A stretch of 32,080 bases of DNA from Nitrospinaceae bacterium (GTDB taxonomy: Bacteria > Nitrospinota > Nitrospinia > Nitrospinales > VA-1): the NCBI GenBank assembly GCA_046754465.1, contig JBHHVU010000037.1:1-32080 (forward strand). The letters are read 5' to 3'. Shown here piece by piece: positions 16,990 to 26,424 of the stretch. The notes under the pieces are model-generated. The model did not search any database. It was not told the DNA's origin and worked only from the letters and a program-made list of their open reading frames with translations. Numbering within the stretch: the stretch's first letter is position 1; the number at the start of each line of letters is the position of its first letter. Made by a program: the position numbers and the translations under genes.

Positions 16990-17415
16990 ATGGATCCCAA
17001 GAAATTACCCCGGTATCAAACCAAACTTCAGGAAATCCGAACCAACCTGGTGGGCGACGTGGCAAAGAACCTGAAATCCACCCAGCAGGATTCCCCGGAA
17101 CCCATAGCGGATATTACCGATGAGGCAGCCAAGGCCTATTCCCGCCAACTGATGCTGGACCTGGGAGAACAGGACTGGCAAAAATTGAAACAGGTGGAAG
17201 AGGCTCTTGAAAAAATCAACCAGGGCGATTACGGGGTCTGCTCGATTTGCGAAGAGCCCATTCCCGAAGCCCGGCTGGAGGTGGTCCCCTTCGCCCAGCA
17301 TTGTGTCGAGTGTTTGAGCAAGATCGAGGAAAATAAAGAAAATCCCAATTCCGGATTCGATAACCTGGCCCCGGCCCCCTGGAAGGATAGGGAGCCCGGT
17401 GACCGGGAGTTATAG
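16990..17415 (+). CDS. dksA: DksA/TraR-family C4 zinc-finger protein
   Basis: DITDEA (DxxDxA) coiled-coil tip; YGVCSIC...IPEARLEVVPFAQHCVEC. Confidence 0.85.
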   Translation: MDPKKLPRYQTKLQEIRTNLVGDVAKNLKSTQQDSPEPIADITDEAAKAYSRQLMLDLGEQDWQKLKQVEEALEKINQGDYGVCSICEEPIPEARLEVVPFAQHCVECLSKIEENKENPNSGFDNLAPAPWKDREPGDREL

Positions 17416-17620
17416 GATGCATCCATGGATGGGCGGTGGAGAAATCCTCCCGGGAGCCCGCCGGGGTCCCGTCAGGGATGCCGCCTACGTCGCGGCGGGC
17501 GGCGTTGCCGCCGGATTCCCGGGAAGGGGACCGATTTCCCCGGCCCGTTCCGGTTTCGGCCCTGATACTCGGGGAAGGAGAAATTCCCCGTCCCCTTTGA
17601 ACATTTGAAACAGGAAAATA

Positions 17621-18943
17621 GTGTCTCTCAAGAACATCCTTCTCCTTCTCATATTTTCCCTTCTCGCGATTTACCTCGCCTTTCTGAATCCACATAAGGT
17701 CGAAGTTTACTTGACGCAAAGTTATTCCCTGCACATGCCGATGGTCCTCCTGCTTTTGGGATTCATTCTGATTGGCGTGCTGGTTACGGTTTTTCTTAAT
17801 TGGAGCCTGCAGTTGAGGTCGTCACTTGGGCGAATGAAGGCCTCCCTCAGGAGACGCCGGAACGAAAAAAGGGACCGGCAGTGCCAGAAAAATTTCGAGA
17901 AGGGGGAAAGCGCGTTTGCCGGCGGCAACCTGGGAAGAGCCCGGGCCGTTTTTGAAAGAATTCTTGAGGAGTACCCGCGTCACGCCGGCGCCTTGGACTA
18001 TATGGGCCAAATCGCGGTGCTGGAAGGGAATCCGGACCGGGCGGTGGAACTGTTTCTGAAAGCTTCACAGGCGTCGCCGGGAACCTTGAAGGTTCTCTAC
18101 GGATTGGCGTCGGCGTACGCCGACGCGGGAAAGCCGGATAAAGAAGTTGAGGTCCTGGAAAGAATTCTCCGTGCAGAGCCCAACGCCGTCCGGGCGCTCT
18201 CCCGCATTCGTGATGCTTACTCCCAAAAAAAAGATTGGAAGAATGCCTGCGCCATCCAAAAACGCCTCTTGCCCTTGATCCAGGACAAAGAGGAAAAGCA
18301 AAAGGAACAGGAGCGGTTCGCTCAACTCATTTACTGCCATGGAATGAACTACTGGGAAAGGGGGAGCGTGGATTCCGCCATATCCGAATTCAAGAAAGCC
18401 CTCCGCATCGACCCAAAATGCCTGCCCGCCCACATCACCCTGGGAGACGCCTATCTCAAATCCGGAAACAAAAAGGCCGCGCTGAAAACCTGGCAGTCAG
18501 GTTTCGGGATCACCCATTCCCCTCTGTGTCTTCTGCGAATCCAGAAATTTCACCAGGATTCCGGTGATTTAACGGACGCAGTCAAAATTTACCAGAAGGC
18601 CATCGGCTCGACCGAAAATTCTGAAAAGGATGTGCTGGTTTTGTTGCTGGGAGCACTTTACCTGGACCGGTCGGATGCGGATGAGGCCATCCGGATGCTT
18701 GAAAACGCCCTGCCCGAAAAATCCGTTCCCCATTGGTTGTTGCTCGCCAATGCCTACCGGTTGAAGCACGACACCGGCCAGATGGAAAAGGCTTCCGAGT
18801 CGGCTTACAGGCGCATGCGTGAATCCATCATTGAATTCACCTGCGGCGCGTGTAAAAAATCCTTCGGGGAATGGCAGGGGTTTTGTCCCGAATGCCGGTC
18901 CTGGAACAGCCTGGTTCCGGGAATTCAACCCACCGTCCATTAA
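17621..18943 (+). CDS. lapB: LapA-domain + TPR + rubredoxin-like protein (LapA-LapB fusion, LPS assembly regulator-like)
   Basis: Two N-terminal TM helices flanking LNPHKVEV (LapA-like); multiple TPRs; C-terminal CGAC...WQGFCPECRSWNS. Confidence 0.75.
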   Translation: MSLKNILLLLIFSLLAIYLAFLNPHKVEVYLTQSYSLHMPMVLLLLGFILIGVLVTVFLNWSLQLRSSLGRMKASLRRRRNEKRDRQCQKNFEKGESAFAGGNLGRARAVFERILEEYPRHAGALDYMGQIAVLEGNPDRAVELFLKASQASPGTLKVLYGLASAYADAGKPDKEVEVLERILRAEPNAVRALSRIRDAYSQKKDWKNACAIQKRLLPLIQDKEEKQKEQERFAQLIYCHGMNYWERGSVDSAISEFKKALRIDPKCLPAHITLGDAYLKSGNKKAALKTWQSGFGITHSPLCLLRIQKFHQDSGDLTDAVKIYQKAIGSTENSEKDVLVLLLGALYLDRSDADEAIRMLENALPEKSVPHWLLLANAYRLKHDTGQMEKASESAYRRMRESIIEFTCGACKKSFGEWQGFCPECRSWNSLVPGIQPTVH

Positions 18944-18980
18944 CGGGAATTTGCAACCGCCCGCCACCCGACATCCCGTC

Positions 18981-19472
18981 CTATTTGTTGATCAGTTGGA
19001 GGTCGAGGATTTTGCTGTTTTTCCTGAAGAGCCGGGCGGAAACCAAAGCCTCCTTTTCCAGGATAAAGAACATGCCCTGGTCGGGGTAACGTGCCACTTG
19101 GGCGTGCAGGGACTTGGGCATTCCGTATTTTGCGATCAGGTCATTGAATTTGGTTCCGATTTTAATGCCCGCGGAAAAGGTTCCCTTGAAAGAGGGAAGC
19201 ACCTCGATTTCCTCCACCACTTTTTTCTTGTTCATGAAATGAATCACGACCCCGTTCGCGGGATACTCCATGGCAACGCTGTCGGTCCGTGGCTCCGTTC
19301 CGCGGCGGAGCACGAATGTTTTAGGGATGCCCAATAAGGCGAATACTTCCTTCAGGGGCATGCCGGTTTTCAGGTTTTTGCCGATCACCAGGCCGACCTT
19401 GTCACCGGCGAGGGAGGGAGTTGCCAGGAATAAGAAAATTAAAACGATTGTCAACGCTCTTGCCACTTTCAC
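18981..19472 (-). CDS. Hypothetical exported protein with two BLIP/SmpA-like repeats
   Basis: AAGGAG RBS before GTG 19472; signal peptide ending SLA; repeats LKTGMPLKEVFALLGIP and IKIGTKFNDLIAKYGMP. Confidence 0.65.
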   Translation of the reverse strand: MKVARALTIVLIFLFLATPSLAGDKVGLVIGKNLKTGMPLKEVFALLGIPKTFVLRRGTEPRTDSVAMEYPANGVVIHFMNKKKVVEEIEVLPSFKGTFSAGIKIGTKFNDLIAKYGMPKSLHAQVARYPDQGMFFILEKEALVSARLFRKNSKILDLQLINK

Positions 19473-19683
19473 AGGTTTCTCCTTATCCACAAAATTTTTT
19501 CGGAAATCCGGCGGGGCCGGTCCCATGGCCCTCATAACCTATTGTTTTATTTTGCTTAATTTTTCAACATCCGTCAATGATTATAACCCCGAATGGCTCC
19601 GGGGCTAAATCTTTTTGCCCAAAGTCTTATAAAATCCCGCCTTACAATTCGTCCTGAAAGAGGTTTCTCTTTCCTTTTCCCCG

Positions 19684-21030
19684 CTAATCGAGAGGGAATT
19701 TCAAATGTCGTCTTCGATCCCGTTTCATGCGGGTTTTATCTTTTTGGAATTTTCTCCATTGGGCGGCGTCCTCTTTCCGGGGGATACTGGAATCCTCCCC
19801 TTCCCCCTCCCGGGCGTCCGCCGCCGCGGGAATTTTCTTGGCGGGTTTATGAGCCCTTTTAGGCATGTACCTTTTTCTCTCCTCCGATTCCTTTTGGGTC
19901 AATCCGAGTTCCATGCCGTACAGGTCCTTGAGACCCTTGGGGGCGCGCCGCATAAACAGAGCTTCCCCCCGCGCCTTGATTTCCCTGGCGTTGACGAGGC
20001 CGGATTTCCAGGCTTCGGGGATGGCCGCGAAACCATGAATCGCACCGGCCCAGGCCCCCGCCAGGGCTCCCAGTTTATGGGCTTCCTTTCCCATATTGAG
20101 GGCACGGGTCAAGGTGCCTTGAAAATCCGTTCCTTCCTGCAATACCAGGACCAGGGCCAGGGGAAGCAGGGTCAGGACATGGCCCTGGGCGGGAGAAGAT
20201 ATAGGGAGGTGGAGAAGTTCGGAGGCGTTTTGGCAAATCCAGGGAACCAACTGTTCCCGCTCCATGTGAAACCGGTCAGCCAGAACCTGAAGGGTTCGGG
20301 GCAGGGCCGCGCGGATTTTATCATCGAATGCCTCCCAGACCTCCGGAAACCGGTCGCTGTAAATCGCTTGTGTTTCCTTATAACATTCCCCGGCGGCGGC
20401 CTCCAACAAGGTTGCCGCCTGCTCATTCGGCGCCGCGCCTCCATCCCCTGGAGGCTCCATGGCAAGAAACCGCGTGACAAGGTAAGCCGACAGAACACCG
20501 GCGAAAACTTCCATCGGGTTCCGGCTCATCAGGAGGATGCTTTCAAGGCATTGTTCCAGCATGGCGGGAGACGATTTCCGGTGAAACAGAGCGATGGGAA
20601 TCGTCATGACCGCGTAACCGCAACCGGCGGTATTTTGTTCCGCGGGAAAAGGAAGCGGCTCATCGGAATACCATTCGAGGGATTTCCGGAAAGCCCCTTC
20701 GGGGTTCCTGAAAACGCCGAGGTAATTTTCGGGACCGTTGGAAGACAGGCGCTGAAACAACTCGGACAGGTTTTCCGCGCGCACTTTCCTGCTTTTCAGG
20801 AGGCAGTCGCAGACCGCCAGGGCCATCTGGGTTTGCGCGCCATACAACCCTTGCATACGATAATGCTTGATCCCCTTGCCGAGGAAGGGCCCGACCTCCT
20901 TGAATCCGTCCATCTCGCGAAAAAGTTGATGGATGGTTTCTGGTTTCAGCCCTTTCACGGCCAGGCCCATGGCCTCGCCGACCGCCATGCCAACCCAGCT
21001 TCCTATCACCTTGTCCTTTAGGAATTCCAT
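19684..21030 (-). CDS. ADP-ribosylglycohydrolase (DraG/ARH)-family protein with degenerate catalytic motifs
   Basis: GSWVGMAVGEAMG, QTQMALAV, GALAGAWAGAIHGFAAIPEAW follow the ARH family pattern; highly charged C-terminal extension. Confidence 0.75.
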   Translation of the reverse strand: MEFLKDKVIGSWVGMAVGEAMGLAVKGLKPETIHQLFREMDGFKEVGPFLGKGIKHYRMQGLYGAQTQMALAVCDCLLKSRKVRAENLSELFQRLSSNGPENYLGVFRNPEGAFRKSLEWYSDEPLPFPAEQNTAGCGYAVMTIPIALFHRKSSPAMLEQCLESILLMSRNPMEVFAGVLSAYLVTRFLAMEPPGDGGAAPNEQAATLLEAAAGECYKETQAIYSDRFPEVWEAFDDKIRAALPRTLQVLADRFHMEREQLVPWICQNASELLHLPISSPAQGHVLTLLPLALVLVLQEGTDFQGTLTRALNMGKEAHKLGALAGAWAGAIHGFAAIPEAWKSGLVNAREIKARGEALFMRRAPKGLKDLYGMELGLTQKESEERKRYMPKRAHKPAKKIPAAADAREGEGEDSSIPRKEDAAQWRKFQKDKTRMKRDRRRHLKFPLD

Positions 21031-21056
21031 TTCGGGGGCACCGGATAAAAGGGGTT

Positions 21057-21824
21057 TCAGTCGAGAGGGATCAGTTTCGTGGGCTGGTCTTGACGGGCGA
21101 GAATCAATTGCGCGCGGCTTTCCCCCAACGCCTGGCGGGCGGTGATGTCCGCGATATCCGGATGGTTGTTGGTTTCGCTCAAGTGCATGAGCACGACCAG
21201 CCTCAGGCGGGAGTGCGCCACCGCGGCCAACAGGTCCCCGCAGGCCTCATTGGATAAATGGCCGAGTTCACTTTTGATCCGCTGCTTCAACGGCCAGGGG
21301 TAGGGACCGGCCTCCAGCATTTGGATATCGTGGTTCGCTTCCAGGAGAAGCGCGTCGGACTTGGCGAGCTTTTCCTTGACGCGGGGGGTGACGCATCCCA
21401 GGTCGGTCACGTGTCCCAGTTTTATGGGGCCGTGGCGGATGACAAAAGCGACCGATTCCTCGGCGTCGTGGGGAGTGGAGTAGGGTTCCAGAACAAGGCC
21501 GCCGAGGGTTACCGGCTCCTCCGCGCGAATGGGGGTCCAAGCGGGAATGCGGCCGGCGGCGTGCCGGATCCTTTTATAAGTACCCTCGGTGGAAAACAGC
21601 GGGAGGTTGTGTTTTCGAACGAGCGGCCCGACGCCTCGAACATGATCGGAATGTTCGTGGGTGAGGAAAACGGCATCCAGGTCTCCCGGTTGGCGGCCGA
21701 TGCTGGCGAGGCGGGCGGTCAGATGTTTCGCGCTCAACCCCGCGTCCAATAAAATCTTTGTTCCATTGGCTTCCACATACAGGGAATTGCCCTTACTGCC
21801 GCTGGATAAAACGGAAAACTGCAA
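21057..21824 (-). CDS. MBL-fold metallo-hydrolase, YycJ/WalJ-like
   Basis: LSSGSKGNS, THEHSDH, PHDA, TDLG, EANHD, YPWPLKQRI, GHLSN, HLSETNN motifs; TTG start. Confidence 0.9.
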   Translation of the reverse strand: MQFSVLSSGSKGNSLYVEANGTKILLDAGLSAKHLTARLASIGRQPGDLDAVFLTHEHSDHVRGVGPLVRKHNLPLFSTEGTYKRIRHAAGRIPAWTPIRAEEPVTLGGLVLEPYSTPHDAEESVAFVIRHGPIKLGHVTDLGCVTPRVKEKLAKSDALLLEANHDIQMLEAGPYPWPLKQRIKSELGHLSNEACGDLLAAVAHSRLRLVVLMHLSETNNHPDIADITARQALGESRAQLILARQDQPTKLIPLD

Positions 21825-22043
21825 CGGATACCGCCTTTCTGTTTAGCCCGCATAATGCATGGGCAAAGGAAAAGAAAATCCCCATGAAATGCCCTTATCC
21901 TAACCTGTCGCCCCGTGGTGCTCCCCACGGGGGAGAAGGAACATTTTGTCTGACTCTCCCACATGGGGCTGGGGGAGGAGCGGGATGAGGGTTTCAAAGG
22001 GATTTTACGATCCAGTTATAATTCGCTTCATGCAATATCCGGA

Positions 22044-22475
22044 TCAGGAGACCCGAGGTTTGGGTACAATTATTATTTCATCGGTAAAAAACCGTTTTTC
22101 GCACTGAGCGGGGTCCTTCTTGACCAACGATTTTCTGAAAGCCTCGTCGATTCGCAGCCAGCGTTCGGCCAGGTTATCGGGAACGCCGCATTCGCGAATG
22201 CTCTCCCGCAGGAGGCTATGTCTCAAATTGAAAAGTTCGTTGTCGATGAACAGGTGTCTATGCGCGTTTTCGGGCAGTGCCCCGGAATATATTTTTCCAC
22301 CGCCCATGTTAGAAGTCATAAAATCGGTTTGCTGGTTTTCTATGGTTTTTTGATCGACTCCGGAAAAGAACCCCTTGAGCCAGGGATGATCATAAACCTT
22401 GTCATAAAACAGTTTGTGCGCCCGTTCCAGGGTGGGGCGTCCGCCGATAAGTTCGAACAAGGTTTTCTCTTCCAT
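22044..22475 (-). CDS. Group I-like truncated hemoglobin
   Basis: TLFELIGG, FYDKV (B9-B10), FF (CD1), MGG..YSG, proximal His in AHRHL. Confidence 0.85.
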   Translation of the reverse strand: MEEKTLFELIGGRPTLERAHKLFYDKVYDHPWLKGFFSGVDQKTIENQQTDFMTSNMGGGKIYSGALPENAHRHLFIDNELFNLRHSLLRESIRECGVPDNLAERWLRIDEAFRKSLVKKDPAQCEKRFFTDEIIIVPKPRVS

Positions 22476-22499
22476 AAGAAAGGGCGTTTTCCCGGTGAT

Positions 22500-22847
22500 T
22501 CAGTACGGGTCTTCGGTTCCGTGGACCAGTGCCAGGGCATCCATGAGGTATTCGTCGCTGACCTCGACGAATTTCGCGGCCAGGAGGTACCTGAAAGGGG
22601 ACCCGTTCTGTAAGGTGCCGCAACGGAGGACCTCCGCTCTCAAGCGGCTATTCCTTATTTTCCGGGCTCCCTGAATATCGATGGAGATTTCGGAGCCGAC
22701 GGAAAGACTCCGCCCCAGCCGGAATGAAAGGCCGTGAACGGTCAGATCGACGATCTCTCCGGGAAAACGTTTCTGACCGTCTTTAACACAAATGTCAATG
22801 GGCACCGCCTTGCGTGGAAAAAGTCTTCTTTCCCTTGACTGTTCCAT
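22500..22847 (-). CDS. Stand-alone PilZ-domain protein
   Basis: RRLFPR (RxxxR) and DLTVHG (DxS/TxxG) c-di-GMP motifs. Confidence 0.85.
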   Translation of the reverse strand: MEQSRERRLFPRKAVPIDICVKDGQKRFPGEIVDLTVHGLSFRLGRSLSVGSEISIDIQGARKIRNSRLRAEVLRCGTLQNGSPFRYLLAAKFVEVSDEYLMDALALVHGTEDPY

Positions 22848-22889
22848 AGTTTCTCCGGGGGTGAAAAATCGTGTCCGCGGGAGCGGTTA

Positions 22890-24377
22890 TTAATCCTCAA
22901 TTTGGGCTTTTTGCAGGGTACCGCTATAGTCGACGTACACCGACTTCCATTCCGTGAAGATTTCCAGTGCGGCCATTCCCGCTTCCCGATGACCGTTTCC
23001 CGTCCCCTTGACTCCGCCGAAGGGGAGCTGTATTTCCGCGCCGATGGTGGATGAATTGATATAGGTGATCCCCGTCTCCAGGGTTTCGAGCGCCTGAAAG
23101 GCCCGGTTGACATCCTGAGTGTATATCGCCGAGGACAGCCCGTACCGGGAATCGTTGATGATCTGGACTCCATGGTTCAAATTCCTGCACGGGATGATGG
23201 CCAAAACGGGGCCGAAGATTTCTTCCTGGGCGATTCGCATTTTTGGGGATACGTCGGCGAAGAGTGTGGGTTTGTAAAAGTGCCCGTACCGGCAGGAGGG
23301 GGTTTTATGGTAGTCCCCTCCTGTGAGCAGGCGGGCCCCTTCCTCCACGCCGATCTTGCAATAGGTGTGGACTTTTTTACGCTGGGTTTCATTGATCAGG
23401 GGGCCCACGTCGGTTTTTTTATTCAATCCGTCTCCCAATCGCAGTTGCCTGGTTCGATTGACGAGCAGGTTAGTGAATTTTTTCAGGACTTTTTTATGGA
23501 CGATCACCCGGCTGCATGCGGTGCAGCGCTGCCCAGTGGTTCCGAAAGCTCCCCAGATGACGCCTTCGACGGCCAGGTTCAGTTTGGCATCGTCCATGAC
23601 CAGGATGGCGTTCTTTCCCCCCATTTCGAGGGAATATTGCTTCATTTGCCGGGCGCAATGGGAGGCGATCAGGCTGCCGGTGTCGGTGGAGCCGGTGAAG
23701 GAGACGAGGTTGACCTTGGCGTGGTCGACCAGGGGAATTCCCGTTCTGGTTCCGGACCCGGTCACGAAATTCAACACTCCCGGAGGAAGCCCCGCCTCCT
23801 CGAACAACCGGACGAAGTTGTATGCCGAAAGGGGCGTATCGCTGGCGGGTTTGATGACGACGGTGTTTCCCGCGACCAGGGCGGGAATCAGTTTCCATGA
23901 AGGAATCGCGATGGGAAAGTTCCAGGGCGTGATGGCCGCCACGATCCCGATGGGCATTCGGACGGACATGCAGAACTTGTTGTTCAGTTCCGAAGGCATG
24001 GTTTCACCCAGAAGGCGCCTGCCCTCCCCGGCGGTGTAATAACTCATGTCGATGGCTTCCTGGACGTCTCCCCGGGTTTCCGGAAGCACCTTTCCCATCT
24101 CCCGGGTCATGTCCCTGGCGAGGGATTCCTTGTGTTTGACCAGAAGTTCCGCCACCCGGAACAGGATTTCCCCGCGTTTGGGCGCGGGTGTTTTTTTCCA
24201 GGTTTGCCGAGCCAGCGCGGCGGCGGAAACCGCTTCATCCACATCTTCCGGGGAAGATTGCTGAAATCGTCCCAGCACTTCCCGGCGGTTGGCCGGGTTG
24301 TGGTTTTCAAAAGTTTCACCCCCGGACGATGCCTTCCAGACGCCATTGATGTAATTTTTATAAACTCTGGTAGCCAT
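22890..24377 (-). CDS. NAD(P)-dependent aldehyde dehydrogenase
   Basis: [24 protein letters not shown] (catalytic Cys), EEIFGPV, PFGG. ATG 24377 is preferred over 24452. Confidence 0.93.
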   Translation of the reverse strand: MATRVYKNYINGVWKASSGGETFENHNPANRREVLGRFQQSSPEDVDEAVSAAALARQTWKKTPAPKRGEILFRVAELLVKHKESLARDMTREMGKVLPETRGDVQEAIDMSYYTAGEGRRLLGETMPSELNNKFCMSVRMPIGIVAAITPWNFPIAIPSWKLIPALVAGNTVVIKPASDTPLSAYNFVRLFEEAGLPPGVLNFVTGSGTRTGIPLVDHAKVNLVSFTGSTDTGSLIASHCARQMKQYSLEMGGKNAILVMDDAKLNLAVEGVIWGAFGTTGQRCTACSRVIVHKKVLKKFTNLLVNRTRQLRLGDGLNKKTDVGPLINETQRKKVHTYCKIGVEEGARLLTGGDYHKTPSCRYGHFYKPTLFADVSPKMRIAQEEIFGPVLAIIPCRNLNHGVQIINDSRYGLSSAIYTQDVNRAFQALETLETGITYINSSTIGAEIQLPFGGVKGTGNGHREAGMAALEIFTEWKSVYVDYSGTLQKAQIED

Positions 24378-24563
24378 GATTGGTCCCTTTATGTTGTGGA
24401 TGAAAGAATGGATGGGGAAGAGACGGCATGGGCCTTGTTCGGCAATTGGCAAATGCCGAGGTTGATTGGGATGGATGGCGCAGCCAAAAGCCTGCCTTGC
24501 TTATTGAGGAGTTCCAGATTCCTCGGCCGCGGGGTCCCTGAAAATCATCGGCAGACCCTTCTG

Positions 24564-24591
24564 AATATAGCAAAAGCAATTTTAAATTCAA
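24564..24591 (-). promoter_or_regulatory. Possible sigma70 promoter for the ALDH-PilZ-globin genes
   Basis: Minus strand TTGAAT-N16-TATATT with extended -10 TGn. Confidence 0.4.
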
Positions 24592-24660
24592 GAAGATTCA
24601 AACCGGGAAGGGGATGGGCGGGAAGGTGAAATGGATTGCATTCCACCCTGCCTGGAGTTA

Positions 24661-26424
24661 TCAACTGGCGGGAGTGACCGCTATGTTATCGAATAACGCC
24701 AATTCCCGGGTGGTGATCAATCCAATTTGTCCGCGGGAGAAAGTGGTGTCCGTGACCGACAGGTCCCATGCTCCCGGTTCTGGATCGGAACTTTCCCATA
24801 TTTTCGCATTGAGAGTGGACCCGTTAAATCCGGCCTTGATCTTGTAAGAGGTGTTGTCGTTGAAAGTCACCGGAAGGCTGGACAGGACCATTTCGGCCCC
24901 GTTGAAGGCGGCGATCTGGAGGTTATATACGTGGGCCGCGGGACTTCCCGTACAGGATGTGCAGATGATGCGCACCATGTAATATTGAGTTGCGTCGAGG
25001 TAGCGAAGGATCATTCCGGCGAATTGGCCGGTTCCCAGCGGCCCGTTGCGCTTGATATCCATCTGCATTTCATAATTCTGCCAGGCGGTGCAACCGTTGA
25101 GGGAGATGCCGGTCCCCGTTACGCCGGTTTTGTATTCGCCGGCATTAACACTCCAGGGGACGCCCCCCGGCGTGGTCCAACCTATACTGTCCCCATCGTC
25201 AAAATCATCGGTGAAAATGCCGTTTCCGGATTCAAAGGAAACCGGAATGGCGTTGAACACGGGGTTATCCTTTCCATTGACATCGATGAGGGCGTCGGAA
25301 GAAAAGGTGAGGGTGGTGCTGGGCGCGGACCAGTCATAAGTGAGCGTGGTCGATGCTTCTCCAAAGGCGTTGGACCCGGCGGAAGCGGTCCCCACAACCC
25401 CGGTGCCGGTGGTATTGAAATTGATGGTGGTGCCCGGCGGGGCGGGTTCCCCCTGGGCATCCACCAAGGTTGCCGTAATGGTGGTTTGATTGCCAGGACA
25501 GGTGACCGGGTTGGGAATGGCGGTCAGTTCCAATTTTCCCCAAGGCGCCATGACCAGGTTTCTCGGAGACAGGTTGCTGGCGAAGGTTTCCCGATGATAT
25601 TGGTCCGCATAGGTGCCGCTGCCTCCCAGGGTGGCGATGCTTCCCGCCAGGTAATTTCCGCTTTTCGTGAAGCCGTCCCTGGGATCGGGATTTTTGGTCC
25701 GGGCGACGACCTCCACTTCGATTCTTCGAATTTCATTCAATTCGGATTGGGCCAAGGTGAAAGGGGGAACGGGATTTCCGTTTCCATCCACCGTTACCCC
25801 GGCGGGGAGAGGGTTGCCATTCTTATCGAAATACCGGATGACAAGATTATCCAGGTACTGCGCGATCCTGTTTCGGGTATAAGTATTATTATCCACCGCG
25901 CCGGGAAGAATTTTGTAGAGGTTATAAGGCGGCCCGGATAAAGTGAGGCTTATGTCATAATCCCGTTTCTCCGTGCTGTCCACCTTGCCGTCGCCATCCA
26001 CATCCCAATAAGGGGAGATGGTAAAAGTTTCATCGGCGCTCCCCGGGATATTGGCCGCCGCCAGGGTGACGACTTCATTACTTTGGATGGCGTTATCGTT
26101 GTTTTGATCATAAACCGCGGTGAGGTAATGGTCGGAAGCGGCCAGAAACCGGGTTCCGCGGACCACGTTATAACCGGAATTAATGAACAGGCGGGATACG
26201 TAATCCACCGCGGCTCTTCCATTGGCCTCCATTTTATTGAGTTGGTTCTGCAGGACAAAGGTTTCTCTTTGCGATTGGAAGACTCCCGCGAGAAGGGCGA
26301 TGAGCAACAGTGAAATGCCGGTGGCGATCAGGATTTCGATGAGAGTAAAACCCGTTTCTTCCCGGAGGCGGGATGGTTTCGAATTCGGGTCCCTGCAAAC
26401 GTGGTCTTTGGCCATTGCAATCAC
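24661..26424 (-). CDS. pilW: PilW-like minor pilin with C-terminal Ig-like (Big-1) and ConA/DUF1080-like domains
   Basis: G|FTLIEILIA prepilin motif; MEANGRAAVDYVSR..SGY; IRRIEVEVVART; then TTITATLVDAQGEP and FTDDFDDG...GQIGL...FDNIAV. Confidence 0.7.
   Translation of the reverse strand: MIAMAKDHVCRDPNSKPSRLREETGFTLIEILIATGISLLLIALLAGVFQSQRETFVLQNQLNKMEANGRAAVDYVSRLFINSGYNVVRGTRFLAASDHYLTAVYDQNNDNAIQSNEVVTLAAANIPGSADETFTISPYWDVDGDGKVDSTEKRDYDISLTLSGPPYNLYKILPGAVDNNTYTRNRIAQYLDNLVIRYFDKNGNPLPAGVTVDGNGNPVPPFTLAQSELNEIRRIEVEVVARTKNPDPRDGFTKSGNYLAGSIATLGGSGTYADQYHRETFASNLSPRNLVMAPWGKLELTAIPNPVTCPGNQTTITATLVDAQGEPAPPGTTINFNTTGTGVVGTASAGSNAFGEASTTLTYDWSAPSTTLTFSSDALIDVNGKDNPVFNAIPVSFESGNGIFTDDFDDGDSIGWTTPGGVPWSVNAGEYKTGVTGTGISLNGCTAWQNYEMQMDIKRNGPLGTGQFAGMILRYLDATQYYMVRIICTSCTGSPAAHVYNLQIAAFNGAEMVLSSLPVTFNDNTSYKIKAGFNGSTLNAKIWESSDPEPGAWDLSVTDTTFSRGQIGLITTRELALFDNIAVTPAS

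Noticed and set aside
19483..19491. Perfect DnaA box TTATCCACA / possible oriC
   Set aside because: Single copy overlapping an RBS, with no box cluster or unwinding element; one hit in 32 kb is compatible with chance.
19705..21021. Long plus-strand ORF (438 aa) and similar antisense ORFs (7865-8902, 10161-11171, 12680-13627, 24727-25941)
   Set aside because: They are antisense shadows of well-supported genes in GC-rich DNA, with no recognisable motifs.
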